DNA of 64,000 bases from a virus (IMGVR_UViG_3300009856_000010:1-64000); one strand, 5' to 3'; positions 9,941 to 19,964 are shown, counted from the stretch's first letter. Notes: a model not told the origin generated them from the sequence alone. Made by a program: numbers and translations.

Positions 9941-11749
9941 TTATACTTTAGTTTCTTCCATTCCGTTTTTATTCCTGTCCAGTGTGGTAAGTGTCATTTG
10001 TTTTACCCGCCAAACAAGGTGAGAGTCCCATTCGTTGAACTGGCTGATTACCTCCAACGCTTTGAGTACAATGTTCTGTGTGGGTGCCATTTGTAACTGT
10101 TTCAACAGATACATTTCGCGTTGATAGGTACCCCCGCTACTTCCGCTTCGTCCGGGAACTGCACCAATCAGATCGGGGTGTATTTCGAGGGCAAAGAAGA
10201 TGATGCTGGCTACTTCTTCGAGTTCTGTTTTGTTTGCATCGGCCGTACCTTTGCTGTTGTAGGGTATTTCGACAATGCGGTAGGCATCGTGCTGTTTGCC
10301 ATCGGCTCCGGTGAAGGAGAATGATAACAAAGACTGCCCACTGTTTCCACGATCATTCAGAAACGTATTTATTTCATCGAATATCTGGTCACGAATGGCT
10401 CCCCGTTCTGCTGATGTATTGCATCGCTCTTGTTGGTACAGTTTGTTCAGATAATCCAGATGCACATAGATAATTCGCCCGAAAGAGTTTGAATTCTTCT
10501 TCCGTGTGGCCCGGTCCGAAATAATGGTACTGGCATAGTTGTATATATCTCCTCCGAAGATACTCCACCACGATGGCTGTGGATAATATGGCCGACCGAG
10601 GGTAGGGTAGTAGGAAGGGAGAATGAACCGTGTTGGACGATCGGCAATCTTTGTTTTACGCAAGCGGGCTTTGCGTACATCACCGTCCAATGTATTAAGC
10701 GGATGGGTGGGGTCGAGCGCGCGGATGGCAGACATGGTAAGATCTTCTTTCGTATCTACCAACTTGTCGTCCTGCCAACGGTTGCTGACGTACACGTAGT
10801 TTATGCGGTTATCATCGTCCATTCGTTCCAACCGGCAGGTGAGGGAACTGCGATAATCCATGCCTGTGGCCTTGGGCTTCCACACCCGGCTATCCTTGGT
10901 CAATGGATCCTGGCTGAGCTGGATTTCAGGGAAGCATATACCCAGCGAACACATGTCGCCAAAGAGTTTGAGCAAGATAAGGTCTAGGTTGTTCTTTTTG
11001 GTAAAATCGGATACATCTTTGCTGGTTTGTTCCCAGATGGCGTAAGCTTCTTCGGCATCTGCGATTTGCTTCAGCAAACGGTCTTCTATTTGCTGGTTTA
11101 CCCTTATTTCGGCATCACTTGAGAATGAATCTTTGGGTGTGTTCATTCCGAAGCTTTGTTCATCTTCCCGTTCTTCAATGTTTTCTTTCTGGCGTTTGGG
11201 CAGTTCAATGCCTTTTTCTTTGCAGGCGGCATAATGTTGGCTCAGTGCCAGTTGTAAAGAAAGTATCTGCCCCTCAATAAGCAACCCCGCATTGGCGTAA
11301 TCCACTTCTTCGGTTTGAAGTGAACCATTAGAGTAGTAAGAATGACGATACTTTGGTTTCGGACCTAATCCGGCAGCGGTATCGGTATTGAATTTAATAC
11401 CGGCAGCGGTGTAGGGCAGGAGAGAAGTGAGCAAAGCAATGATGTTAGGCAAGCGATTTCCTGCTCCCCATTCCATCCAACCTTTACCGGGAGTACCTAT
11501 TGCATCGTATCCGGTTTGTTCGTTTCCAACGGATGCAAATATATCTCCGCTTTTGGAAGCAGCTTTTTTGCTGTCTCCGTGGATAACGACGTTCAGAACA
11601 TCGCTCCATCCCGGTGTGTCGGCATTGGCTTTTCCTCCAAAGAAGTGGTGCGCGGGAAAGGCGACATAGCCGTCGACCATAGCCTGTTTAATCTGCTTTG
11701 TCGCCGATGCGCCCGCTGAAGGTTTAGGTTTATTTCGTTTTGATGCCAT
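9941..11749 (-). CDS. putative portal protein (602 aa)
   Basis: Size and position (first large gene after terL once the moron island is skipped); no diagnostic motif, so call is inferential. Confidence 0.35.
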   Translation of the reverse strand: MASKRNKPKPSAGASATKQIKQAMVDGYVAFPAHHFFGGKANADTPGWSDVLNVVIHGDSKKAASKSGDIFASVGNEQTGYDAIGTPGKGWMEWGAGNRLPNIIALLTSLLPYTAAGIKFNTDTAAGLGPKPKYRHSYYSNGSLQTEEVDYANAGLLIEGQILSLQLALSQHYAACKEKGIELPKRQKENIEEREDEQSFGMNTPKDSFSSDAEIRVNQQIEDRLLKQIADAEEAYAIWEQTSKDVSDFTKKNNLDLILLKLFGDMCSLGICFPEIQLSQDPLTKDSRVWKPKATGMDYRSSLTCRLERMDDDNRINYVYVSNRWQDDKLVDTKEDLTMSAIRALDPTHPLNTLDGDVRKARLRKTKIADRPTRFILPSYYPTLGRPYYPQPSWWSIFGGDIYNYASTIISDRATRKKNSNSFGRIIYVHLDYLNKLYQQERCNTSAERGAIRDQIFDEINTFLNDRGNSGQSLLSFSFTGADGKQHDAYRIVEIPYNSKGTADANKTELEEVASIIFFALEIHPDLIGAVPGRSGSSGGTYQREMYLLKQLQMAPTQNIVLKALEVISQFNEWDSHLVWRVKQMTLTTLDRNKNGMEETKV

Positions 11750-11753
11750 TATA

Positions 11754-12071
11754 TTAATGCGTTAAGAATCTTACTCCGTCAATTTCGATAATCAGGTAAT
11801 CGCATACCCGGCGTATCTCGGTGCTATTTACAAACTTGATGCTGCGTTGCAGATGCCGGGTATCTACACTGATACATACCACATTGCCGCTTTGAACCTT
11901 ACCCTCTTGGGTGATGTAGCGAATAAAGAAAGGTACCCGTTCCTTGAATGGAGCGTTTTCGGGTGGATTGAACCCCGTTTGCTTCTGACCGGTAATCGGG
12001 TCATTCCAGCGAAATTTTTCTGTGTAATTCCGTATTTCTAAAAAACTTTTAGTGGGTTGCTTCCTCGGCAT
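11754..12071 (-). CDS. hypothetical small protein (105 aa)
   Basis: ORF preceded by a late-promoter motif. Confidence 0.3.
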   Translation of the reverse strand: MPRKQPTKSFLEIRNYTEKFRWNDPITGQKQTGFNPPENAPFKERVPFFIRYITQEGKVQSGNVVCISVDTRHLQRSIKFVNSTEIRRVCDYLIIEIDGVRFLTH

Positions 12072-12099
12072 AACGATTACTTTTAGTTGTTACCATTGA

Positions 12100-12142
12100 A
12101 AGCAAAGTTAATATGAGGGCAGGATGGGGTAGGGACAAGGTT
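12100..12142 (-). promoter_or_regulatory. late promoter: TTGTCCCTACCC + ~15 nt + TAACTTTG (-7 box)
   Basis: Minus-strand reading of 12104-12111 gives TAACTTTG; 12127-12140 gives CCTTGTCCCTACCC. Confidence 0.4.
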
Positions 12143-12162
12143 TGATGGGGGAGAAAAGTGCC

Positions 12163-12280
12163 AAAAAATGGCACGGTGAGGTACAAGAAAACCTCACGGT
12201 GCGGTTTTAAAATCTCGCACCGAGAGGAATCGAAGTTTCGCACTGTGCCATTTTTCGATACCGCACCGTGCCGTTTTTTA
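12163..12280. repeat. nested-palindrome intergenic element, copy 1 (5 CACGGTGCG/CGCACCGTG units; outer arms AAAAAATGGCACGGTG...CACCGTGCCGTTTTTT)
   Basis: Read directly; related copies at 24645-24786, 38495-38607 and 62664-62781. Confidence 0.6.
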
Positions 12281-12404
12281 AGACTTCTGTAGGGAAATCC
12301 CTATTTCTTTGCTTTACGCAAACATTTAATCATGTATTCTTTGCGTAAAGCAAAGTTTTATATATCTTTGTAATGTAAAGCAAGGGGCTTTACTAACAAT
12401 TGAA

Positions 12405-12752
12405 ATGATGGAACAATTAATCGACAGAGTTTGGGATTACTCACTAAACAACCCGGACGGTTTCACTCTCAACATTGAGACCATGAAACCCATTAAGTAC
12501 GGAATCTCGGTAGCGTATCTGGAAACGCAAAACAGTTTCGGAAAAGAGAGTTTAAACGGAGTTATTAACCACGCTTTAAAAAATGGAAAATCGGTCGGCG
12601 GCTGGCTCGATACGGAAACCAACCGATACTATTTCGATAGCGTAAAAATCTTCAAAAACTGGCAGGTAAGTGAAGCGATTGAATTTGCAAAGCAGAACGA
12701 ACAGCTTGCGGTTTTTGATTTAACGAACTTAAAAGAGATTAGAATAAAGTAA
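12405..12752 (+). CDS. hypothetical protein (115 aa), moron island
   Basis: Plus-strand ORF in an AT-rich island antisense to the structural gene string. Confidence 0.3.
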   Translation: MMEQLIDRVWDYSLNNPDGFTLNIETMKPIKYGISVAYLETQNSFGKESLNGVINHALKNGKSVGGWLDTETNRYYFDSVKIFKNWQVSEAIEFAKQNEQLAVFDLTNLKEIRIK

Positions 12753-12813
12753 GGGGCTTGCCCCTTGCTTTTGTTTCATCAAGAATAATATTAACCATTA
12801 AAATAAAAAAAGA

Positions 12814-13041
12814 ATGTTTGAAACCAAAGCGAATACAATAACCCGATGGGGTCTCACAATCAGAGGTTCTGATGTGTATTTCCCGACTAAGGAAATGGCA
12901 ATAAAAATCGGTAAGATGACACTAAAGATGAACCCAGAGACAAAGATGTTTGAGGAGTATCGACTTTGGGATAGAACTTTCCGAAAGCCCAAATTGATAG
13001 ACGAACAGAGATTTGATAGGACTATATTAATAACAACATAA
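12814..13041 (+). CDS. hypothetical small protein (75 aa)
   Basis: ORF in the AT-rich island. Confidence 0.2.
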   Translation: MFETKANTITRWGLTIRGSDVYFPTKEMAIKIGKMTLKMNPETKMFEEYRLWDRTFRKPKLIDEQRFDRTILITT

Positions 13042-13274
13042 TGAATAAATTATGGAAAAGAAAAAACTTCAAATTGACGTATTGAGACAAGTACCCGATA
13101 CAGAATTAATGGAATGGAATGCAATGTATGGATGGACAATCACATTTATAAATTCTTCACCCATAAACATACTTATGAGGAACTTATTAAAGAAGGATTC
13201 TTTGTGCGCGACGGGAAAGAAGAAGATAGTGCAGGAGTAATAAATACAACCCCTACTTTTATAGAGAAATAATT

Positions 13275-13685
13275 ATGAAAACAAACAGCATAACCGCCTA
13301 CAACCGTATGGGCATCCACATGGAAGTGTTGGAGAATGATACGGTAAAAGTTACCCAAAACCGACTGATAAACGGATATATCCTAAATCAGAAGCAGCTT
13401 ATTGAACGTGGAAAAGAAATCTTTCCGGATAAGAAAATCATTCCGGTAGTGTTCTCCATAAACGTTCACGAAATAGATATTGCGTGGATTGAGGGCAAAA
13501 TGGAAGAGTTTGGAATAAAACGGAAAGACCTGATAAAACAATTAGCTTTTGATGAATCATCATTAAGCTTAATGCTTTCCGGAAAAAGAGAATTATCAAA
13601 GCCTGTACGGGCTACTTTTTTCTATTATTTCCTTACGTATGAGTTGAATAGGGATTTAAGGGAGGAGTTGAATAATGCCGAGTAG
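13275..13685 (+). CDS. protein with C-terminal XRE-like helix-turn-helix (136 aa)
   Basis: C-terminal segment RKDLIKQLAFDESSLSLMLSGKRELSKP resembles an XRE HTH; the stop codon lies inside the terminator hairpin. Confidence 0.35.
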   Translation: MKTNSITAYNRMGIHMEVLENDTVKVTQNRLINGYILNQKQLIERGKEIFPDKKIIPVVFSINVHEIDIAWIEGKMEEFGIKRKDLIKQLAFDESSLSLMLSGKRELSKPVRATFFYYFLTYELNRDLREELNNAE

Positions 13686-13700
13686 AATATACTCGGCATT
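13664..13700. terminator. bidirectional terminator hairpin (11-bp perfect stem AATGCCGAGTA / TACTCGGCATT) between convergent genes
   Basis: Perfect inverted repeat 13664-13674 / 13680-13690 followed by ATTTTGTATTT. Confidence 0.5.
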
Positions 13701-13715
13701 ATTTTGTATTTCTAT

Positions 13716-14723
13716 TTAATCTTTCCAAACATCAAAATGCCTCCAGTTCCCATCTTCTGGAAAACCCATGTCTTTGATCATTACTAATTTTCCTGCATTC
13801 TGAATTAAATCTATCAATGCGGATTTAAAATTACTATCTGGGCTAATGATCTTTAAAATATATTGGATGCAACAAAGAAAAGCAAATAGCTTATTATTTC
13901 TTGTTGATTCAATGATGTCTCGGCTTAGAAATGAGTAATTAGTATTATAAGGAAGGGTTATGTTAATAATGAATCGTTTGTTCCATATACGACTATGATG
14001 CGCACAGCAATTTCTAAGAGTGGAAATCCCATGAAGCCAATTAGCAAAAACCTTCCAATTGGTTAATCCAAATTCATAGGCTAACTCTTTCTTGTTATCA
14101 TCGTTTATTAGAAGTTCATACAATCGACTAAGTGTACCTAAAGTTATAGTTTCCAATGTCATCCAGGCAGGAGGCATTTCAGGACTTGAATATCTGTTAT
14201 AATAATGTTTTATAAAATCCTCATTACTGCGACCAACTTCTTTCTCAATATCATCAGCCAATATATTGAAATGGAAAACTTCTTCTTTTTCATAACCGGT
14301 TGTTCCATCTTCCTTTTTAACTTCATTAGTCACAAAATAAGATTTATCCAAAAATAAGGATTCATCCTCAAACCAATGACTGTCATTCGTCTTATCGCAA
14401 TATATTTGAGTCATTTTAGCACGAACAGCTACTTCTATTTTTTCTATTGCATTAAAAATCAACGAACGTAACCGTCTGTCAAAGCAATATAAATCAATTA
14501 TATCACAGAAATGAATGTCTTTTCTAAAAAAACGGTGATCAGCATCCTCGTTTTCATTATCCTGAAAAGGGAAAGTATATGCTCTTAACCGGTAATAACT
14601 TATATTTGAAAGGTATGATTTAGCCAGTTCTTCATCATCAACAATAAGTCCTCTCGACTTCAATTTTTCAAGTTGTTGTTCAATAGATATTGGCGTTTTC
14701 CGGTATGGTATTTTTTCTTCCAT
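13716..14723 (-). CDS. Abi_2 family (AbiD/AbiF-like) abortive-infection protein (335 aa)
   Basis: Motifs YYRLRAYTFPF and LRNCCAHHSRIWN match the conserved Abi_2 signature (R..AHH.R.WN). Confidence 0.55.
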   Translation of the reverse strand: MEEKIPYRKTPISIEQQLEKLKSRGLIVDDEELAKSYLSNISYYRLRAYTFPFQDNENEDADHRFFRKDIHFCDIIDLYCFDRRLRSLIFNAIEKIEVAVRAKMTQIYCDKTNDSHWFEDESLFLDKSYFVTNEVKKEDGTTGYEKEEVFHFNILADDIEKEVGRSNEDFIKHYYNRYSSPEMPPAWMTLETITLGTLSRLYELLINDDNKKELAYEFGLTNWKVFANWLHGISTLRNCCAHHSRIWNKRFIINITLPYNTNYSFLSRDIIESTRNNKLFAFLCCIQYILKIISPDSNFKSALIDLIQNAGKLVMIKDMGFPEDGNWRHFDVWKD

Positions 14724-14853
14724 TTAAAGAGCAAAGGTTATAAAACTCGAAGACCTCCCCGGGTGCGCTGATCTAACGGGAAGCGTGGGAGGTCATATTG
14801 AGTACAAAGATAGGATTTCTTTTTGAATTACCAAAATATTTCCATAAAAATAT

Positions 14854-16848
14854 TTATCCCCTTCTTGGTAAACACATCCCCTCCATACTATGCTGAAAAT
14901 ACTTCACGCCAACAAATAGACTATCAAAAGCATCGCTCCCGTCAGTACGGTACTGCAACAAATTTTGTTCAGTTTCGCCTAACTTTTCACCTGCCTTATT
15001 CTTTTTGAAACCGCCATAACCATTTAGTACTTCGGCATTTTCCATCGCCACAATCAACGATTCGTTATTGTCTACATTGATCCGAATAGCGGGATAAGAG
15101 ATGCCTGCCAATGATTCGTTTATATCTTTGAATTTCAATGCATGTTCCATCGGGCGACCCATGTCTATGGCGTTCACCTCCCAACCCGCACGTGATAGTT
15201 CTTCGATAACCACATCCTTAAAGTCTTGCTGTCCCTCGATGGCATATCCGCGAAACTTAGCTGTACTATCATAATAGTAGTTTACTTGTCGGCACGTTTG
15301 AAGGTGAGGGGCGTAATACTTTGTCCAGTCTTTCATCAATTCACGCAACTTTCGCTCGTTCTTTACATACATGGAACTAAGTACCATCAACGCATCGCCG
15401 TGTGCCTCCGGGCAATGTTGCACCTGCCCCGTTATAACCCAGCTAATGTTCGCCCCATAATCCAGTGCAATGTGTAGAGGAAGATTACGTTCCACATCTC
15501 CGTCTAAAGTGCAGTTCTCTTTCATGTTCTGCAATTCAACGAAGTTGGGCGTAACGTAATCGGTGTCTATTTTCCTTCCACCAACGATGGTACTTGCCGT
15601 TTTCTTAACCATACTATTCTCAATAGCCTGGCAAGAACTTGGTACATAACCATGTTCATTTACAACATCCAGCATGGCATAAAAACCGTCACCCGATTTT
15701 TTCATCTTCTGGTTAAGTATGGAAACCGCGAATAGGAGCGGTGGAAGCGCGCGTTTCATGTCTGCAATATAAGATTCTCCGAGTAAATCAATGTTATCAA
15801 GACTCGATGCTTTATAAAAGGCAAACGTATTGCATTGCATCTTCTTAATGTGCTTTCTAACCTTGTCAGACTTTTGTAGCATTTGCAACTCTGCATATTC
15901 CTCTCTGGTAATGAGGTATTCGTAGTTGAAAAGCAATTCGGCATCTTGAGAAGAAATGACATTGTAGTTTACCAACATATCAATGTTTTGCTTGTTAATG
16001 CCCGGTTTTGGCAACATCTTGAAAACACCCTGCCTTACATGGCAAGCATTGGCCACTAATTGTATTTCTTCGCGTTTCTCTTCGGATACGGTTAATACCT
16101 TGTATCCCATTTTCTTGGCTTTGCGAAGCAATTCGTTGAAGAACATAATTCTACCGGCATATTCATCTAATTTCCCTTGCAATTCTTTAGATGTTTTTCC
16201 GGCAAACTCTCCATCTTCAATAACCTTCAGGTTTTGCTCTTCTTCTTTCTCCATCCAATTCTCTTTTTGTGAAATGGCGGCATCACTAACAAAGAGAGTA
16301 CCTTTATAGTAAGGATTTTGGTCGCTAAAACGAGAATCTCCCATCGGATGAATGATGCCCGAAAGCGTTGCCTGCACTTCGGCATCAAACTTGCTTTTCT
16401 TTATGAATCGGGCTTCGTCCAGGATAAAGTAATTTACCGTCATGGAGTTGGCAGAACCACGTACCTCCAAACTGACTAAGTGCCACACAAAGCCATTAAA
16501 GAAGGTAATACAATGGCTCCAATCTTTCGGTTTGATAATAGGGCGGGGAATATTTAGTTTGGTAGGTGGCTGCCCCCACCAGAAATGCTGACCTTCACGC
16601 CAGCCCCAGAAACGTTCAATAGCCGCCAACGTGGCCGGAACGGTACGGGTAAACAACTGTTTCCTACTGTTTCCTGCCCAGATACCTGCACCTTGTGGCA
16701 TGGAAGACGTAACACGTCCGCTTTGTGGACCGATAATACCATCGGTTTTACCGAAACGGCGAGCTGCTATTACCCGAATGTGTTTTGCTCCGGAGTAGTA
16801 AATACGTTGCTGCATCGGGTTCATGTAGACCTCACGACGTTCAGCCAT
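14854..16848 (-). CDS. terL: terminase large subunit (664 aa)
   Basis: P-loop AARRFGKTDG near the N-terminus; Walker-B-like YFILDEARF; size and neighbourhood typical of TerL. Confidence 0.6.
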   Translation of the reverse strand: MAERREVYMNPMQQRIYYSGAKHIRVIAARRFGKTDGIIGPQSGRVTSSMPQGAGIWAGNSRKQLFTRTVPATLAAIERFWGWREGQHFWWGQPPTKLNIPRPIIKPKDWSHCITFFNGFVWHLVSLEVRGSANSMTVNYFILDEARFIKKSKFDAEVQATLSGIIHPMGDSRFSDQNPYYKGTLFVSDAAISQKENWMEKEEEQNLKVIEDGEFAGKTSKELQGKLDEYAGRIMFFNELLRKAKKMGYKVLTVSEEKREEIQLVANACHVRQGVFKMLPKPGINKQNIDMLVNYNVISSQDAELLFNYEYLITREEYAELQMLQKSDKVRKHIKKMQCNTFAFYKASSLDNIDLLGESYIADMKRALPPLLFAVSILNQKMKKSGDGFYAMLDVVNEHGYVPSSCQAIENSMVKKTASTIVGGRKIDTDYVTPNFVELQNMKENCTLDGDVERNLPLHIALDYGANISWVITGQVQHCPEAHGDALMVLSSMYVKNERKLRELMKDWTKYYAPHLQTCRQVNYYYDSTAKFRGYAIEGQQDFKDVVIEELSRAGWEVNAIDMGRPMEHALKFKDINESLAGISYPAIRINVDNNESLIVAMENAEVLNGYGGFKKNKAGEKLGETEQNLLQYRTDGSDAFDSLFVGVKYFQHSMEGMCLPRRG

Positions 16849-17566
16849 ACTGTTCCTCCGTTTCTATAAAAATGTCGTGTTCCGGTTCTTCTTCTATGGG
16901 GGCGGTTTCGTATTCGCCACGATCGTTCTTTACGAGATCTTCTACTTCGTTCTTTGTTAATCCGTACTTCTTGGCTATGCGTGCTTTCTCTTCGTCAGTG
17001 TAGTTTTCTCTATCCGGACGAACGACTGAAACATCGGAGGTAATGGTGATGTCGGTATCGGCAAGGTTCTCAAATCCTTGCTGGCGTTCATCGAATCCTT
17101 TGTACAAGTCCATTTTGAGTTTGGCACCGCTGGTAACGCTACGTTCATTTCCATTCTTCATACCTTCGGCAATAAGCCAGTCGCTGGCATCTACCACCTT
17201 TGCCTTTTCTATGTTAATGGTGCCGGTATTCAGTAAGCCTACAATATGGTCGAAGGTTGCGATATCGTTGGCTATTTCGTTGTAAGGCCGATCCTTTCCG
17301 GGGTAGATTTTCAAACGCTGACAACGTTCTGCATATTCTGCATTATTCTTTGCCTTATCCAACATATCGTCATAAGTGCGGCGGGCTATACGCCGACACA
17401 CATCCATAGGCTTTATCTGCTTATTGTTTAACCAAACCTGATAAGCTTCGTACACAATCATGGTACGAAGCTTTTGAGGCTCGGTCATGGCAATACTGCG
17501 AAGCGGTATGCCCTTGAAGATGAACTTATCTACCAGTTCCAGATAGTTGTCACTTACCCTTGCCAT
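16841..17566 (-). CDS. putative terminase small subunit (241 aa)
   Basis: Immediately upstream of terL with an 8-bp overlap and an acidic C-terminus; positional inference only. Confidence 0.35.
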   Translation of the reverse strand: MARVSDNYLELVDKFIFKGIPLRSIAMTEPQKLRTMIVYEAYQVWLNNKQIKPMDVCRRIARRTYDDMLDKAKNNAEYAERCQRLKIYPGKDRPYNEIANDIATFDHIVGLLNTGTINIEKAKVVDASDWLIAEGMKNGNERSVTSGAKLKMDLYKGFDERQQGFENLADTDITITSDVSVVRPDRENYTDEEKARIAKKYGLTKNEVEDLVKNDRGEYETAPIEEEPEHDIFIETEEQYG

Positions 17567-18119
17567 CTGCGTTTGAAGTCCATTTAAAATCCAACAGGTT
17601 CTTTACCTGTTCATTGTCCGACTCAATAAGTGGATGCAGGCGAAGTTTTGGAATAGCAGCCTCGAGTGCCGCTTTAAATAATGAAGAAGATCCACCTGAG
17701 TAACTGGAATAGTTGCTCAATATGAAATCCTTTTCAAGTAACATTGGGCCTTGCACCAGCAAATGATTAGAAAAGTTGGTTAGGGCAAACTGTCCGTCGG
17801 CCACTTGTGCAGAGGTAGCGTAATGTACCTGGGAGATGTTTGATCCAAATTCCGACAAAACTAAGTCGGCCTGATTGGTATTGGTAAGCAATACAACGCC
17901 CTCATACCAACCTTTTACAAGGTAGGTGTTTAACTTCCGGAGCAAGAATACATCTACTTCGGGGATAACAAGTACGCAAACCGCTTTCTCTACCAAGTAG
18001 CTGGCGGCTTTCATTAAGTCAATGACTGTCCAGTCCCCTCCGCTTTGGAAAAAAGCGAAGGGTTGTTTCAATACAGGGGGAAGCTGCTTATCAATGCAGC
18101 ATGGTTCAATGTAAGCCAT
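17550..18119 (-). CDS. hypothetical protein (189 aa)
   Basis: ORF overlapping its neighbours in the same gene string. Confidence 0.3.
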   Translation of the reverse strand: MAYIEPCCIDKQLPPVLKQPFAFFQSGGDWTVIDLMKAASYLVEKAVCVLVIPEVDVFLLRKLNTYLVKGWYEGVVLLTNTNQADLVLSEFGSNISQVHYATSAQVADGQFALTNFSNHLLVQGPMLLEKDFILSNYSSYSGGSSSLFKAALEAAIPKLRLHPLIESDNEQVKNLLDFKWTSNADGKGK

Positions 18120-18122
18120 AGG

Positions 18123-19271
18123 TTACTTCTCCTCTGGTTTAGGGGTTTGAGCGGCTGCGAGGTCTTCTTCCATCTTCGCTAGGATAACGTTGTACTCGGA
18201 AACATCTTCTCCGATAGCGACCAGCTCATCTATCTTCTCCTTTACCTTTTTGATTCGGGATGGCGTGAGTTTTACGTCCTTGCGGAGTATGTATGTACGG
18301 TGTTTATGTAGCAAATCTGCTTTTTCTGCTTTACCAATTTCGGGAGTTTCGGATCCATCTACAGATTTTTCTTCCTGCTTAACTACTTCCTTAGCAATTT
18401 TAGCAGTCATTTCCGCTTTCCATTCCTCACTCATTTTATTGCTATACTGCAACAGAATAGCTTTCAATGCCTCAATGCTGGAACCTTTTCCCTCCATTTT
18501 GGCTTTAAAATCGGCATGGGTTTCATCATGTTGAAGATAGATGTACAAAGTGGCCAGCTCTGCATTTACATCTTCATACACTTTCTTATACTTCTCGGTG
18601 TATTCAGCCGCTTCCTTGCTATAAGGTTCAATAAAGGAAGCCTTTTCCCCCTTGTCAGCAAGAATTTTTGCCTGCTCCGCAGATGCAGCAGATTTGGCAC
18701 GATAAAAACTGACTTGTTTAGTTTCTGATTGTAAAGCGGGGGACAGTAACCATGCTACATCTTTCAATTGTGGGAGTGCAGGATCTTCTTGCGTAGCAGT
18801 ATTGGCACCGACGGAAGAAAACAAATCAAACGAATCTTTATTTTTCTCCGAAGCGATACCTTCGGTAATGGCTTTGGCGGCGGATTCTGCTTTTGTAGGA
18901 CGACCACGCCTGCGGTTGGAAGCGGGTTGCATACCAGGTACGTTTACGAGTGTTTCTCTTCCTACTTTCACGTATTCTCCTTTTTCAATTTTCTCTTTGA
19001 TCCGGTCGATGTAGAAAGACATGCGATCTATACGGCGGGAGTAGTCGCGGAACATCAAGCTCTTTTTTACAAATTCCCGGCACATGGAGAATGCGCGAAG
19101 TAATTGCAAACCTTCTTCAAAGCATTTAATGTGGGCAGCTTCCCACGCGTCGCCCAGGGCACAAAGGGTTGGAAGTTTTTGTTCGTCGAACTTGGAAAAG
19201 TCCGTTATCCATTTTAACTGCTCATCGGCAGTCATGTTTCTGAATTCTTTAGGTTCATTACTCATGGTCAT
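18123..19271 (-). CDS. hypothetical Lys/Glu-rich protein with AT-hook-like RRRGRPTK segment (382 aa)
   Basis: Composition and RGRP motif; partial GTCCCT promoter motif upstream at 19331-19341. Confidence 0.3.
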   Translation of the reverse strand: MTMSNEPKEFRNMTADEQLKWITDFSKFDEQKLPTLCALGDAWEAAHIKCFEEGLQLLRAFSMCREFVKKSLMFRDYSRRIDRMSFYIDRIKEKIEKGEYVKVGRETLVNVPGMQPASNRRRGRPTKAESAAKAITEGIASEKNKDSFDLFSSVGANTATQEDPALPQLKDVAWLLSPALQSETKQVSFYRAKSAASAEQAKILADKGEKASFIEPYSKEAAEYTEKYKKVYEDVNAELATLYIYLQHDETHADFKAKMEGKGSSIEALKAILLQYSNKMSEEWKAEMTAKIAKEVVKQEEKSVDGSETPEIGKAEKADLLHKHRTYILRKDVKLTPSRIKKVKEKIDELVAIGEDVSEYNVILAKMEEDLAAAQTPKPEEK

Positions 19272-19415
19272 ACTATTTTTATGATTTATTGCATTACTGT
19301 ATTACAAAGATGAGCGTGCGCACGGGGAAAGTAGGGACACGAAAAAACCGCTTAGTAGGGTAAGCGGCTCTCTCAATGAAATGACAAAAATTAAAGTCGA
19401 AAAGGAGGGTATATG

Positions 19416-19964
19416 TTATCCGCCAGGAGGTGTATAACCTTCTACGAGTGCGTCGATATCGGTGATATCAACATACATGTTCATATACTTCACTGGCTGG
19501 AGTGTACCGGTAAGCGTAGTTGTACGGTCGTCGGCTGCTGCAGCACCAGTATCAGACTGAATTCCATCGGCATCAAAAACGATTTTACGAATAGGGTCGT
19601 ACATGATTTGGTACTCTTCGCCATCGGGAACGATAAAGAACAAATCAAGGTTGTTCAATGCGCGACCGGTTTTCGCAATAACTTTATTCACGGCTTCCAA
19701 AACAAATGTTCCAGTAAGCTTGAAACCTTTACGGCGACCCAGCGATCCGCCTGTAATTTTGTTTGACTCGTCTTTGCAATCAATGCGGTAAAGACCTTTT
19801 GCCGATTTGAACTTTGGCTCGCTGTACACATTGTCGGTAAGCGTCATCTTTTCGGAAAGATCACCCTTTACACCCACATACAATACAGAACCCAACCCAG
19901 CAAAGTTCTCTAAACATTGCTCGTCGTTGGTGATATGATCAAGGGTAGGACATTCTACTGCCAT
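19416..19964 (-). CDS. hypothetical structural protein (182 aa)
   Basis: ORF directly downstream of the major capsid gene. Confidence 0.3.
   Translation of the reverse strand: MAVECPTLDHITNDEQCLENFAGLGSVLYVGVKGDLSEKMTLTDNVYSEPKFKSAKGLYRIDCKDESNKITGGSLGRRKGFKLTGTFVLEAVNKVIAKTGRALNNLDLFFIVPDGEEYQIMYDPIRKIVFDADGIQSDTGAAAADDRTTTLTGTLQPVKYMNMYVDITDIDALVEGYTPPGG

Noticed and set aside
12049-12243. Small ORFs with the shared peptide PHR(E/A)V..YLTV(P/R)FF at 12049-12243, 24608-24790, 38504-38698 and 62678-62890, which look like a conserved small protein family.
   Set aside because: They are translations of the nested-palindrome nucleotide repeat itself: same motif, different frames and orientations, with no start or RBS context. 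Treated as non-coding repeat elements.
18123-19271. Looked for an integrase/recombinase (tyrosine R-H-R-Y or serine recombinase) and for endolysin/holin genes.
   Set aside because: No ORF shows the recombinase catalytic tetrad or lysozyme/amidase motifs. The 2-TM ORF 42432-42623 sits in the replication module, so a holin call is unsupported. These functions may lie outside the window or be too divergent to see by eye.
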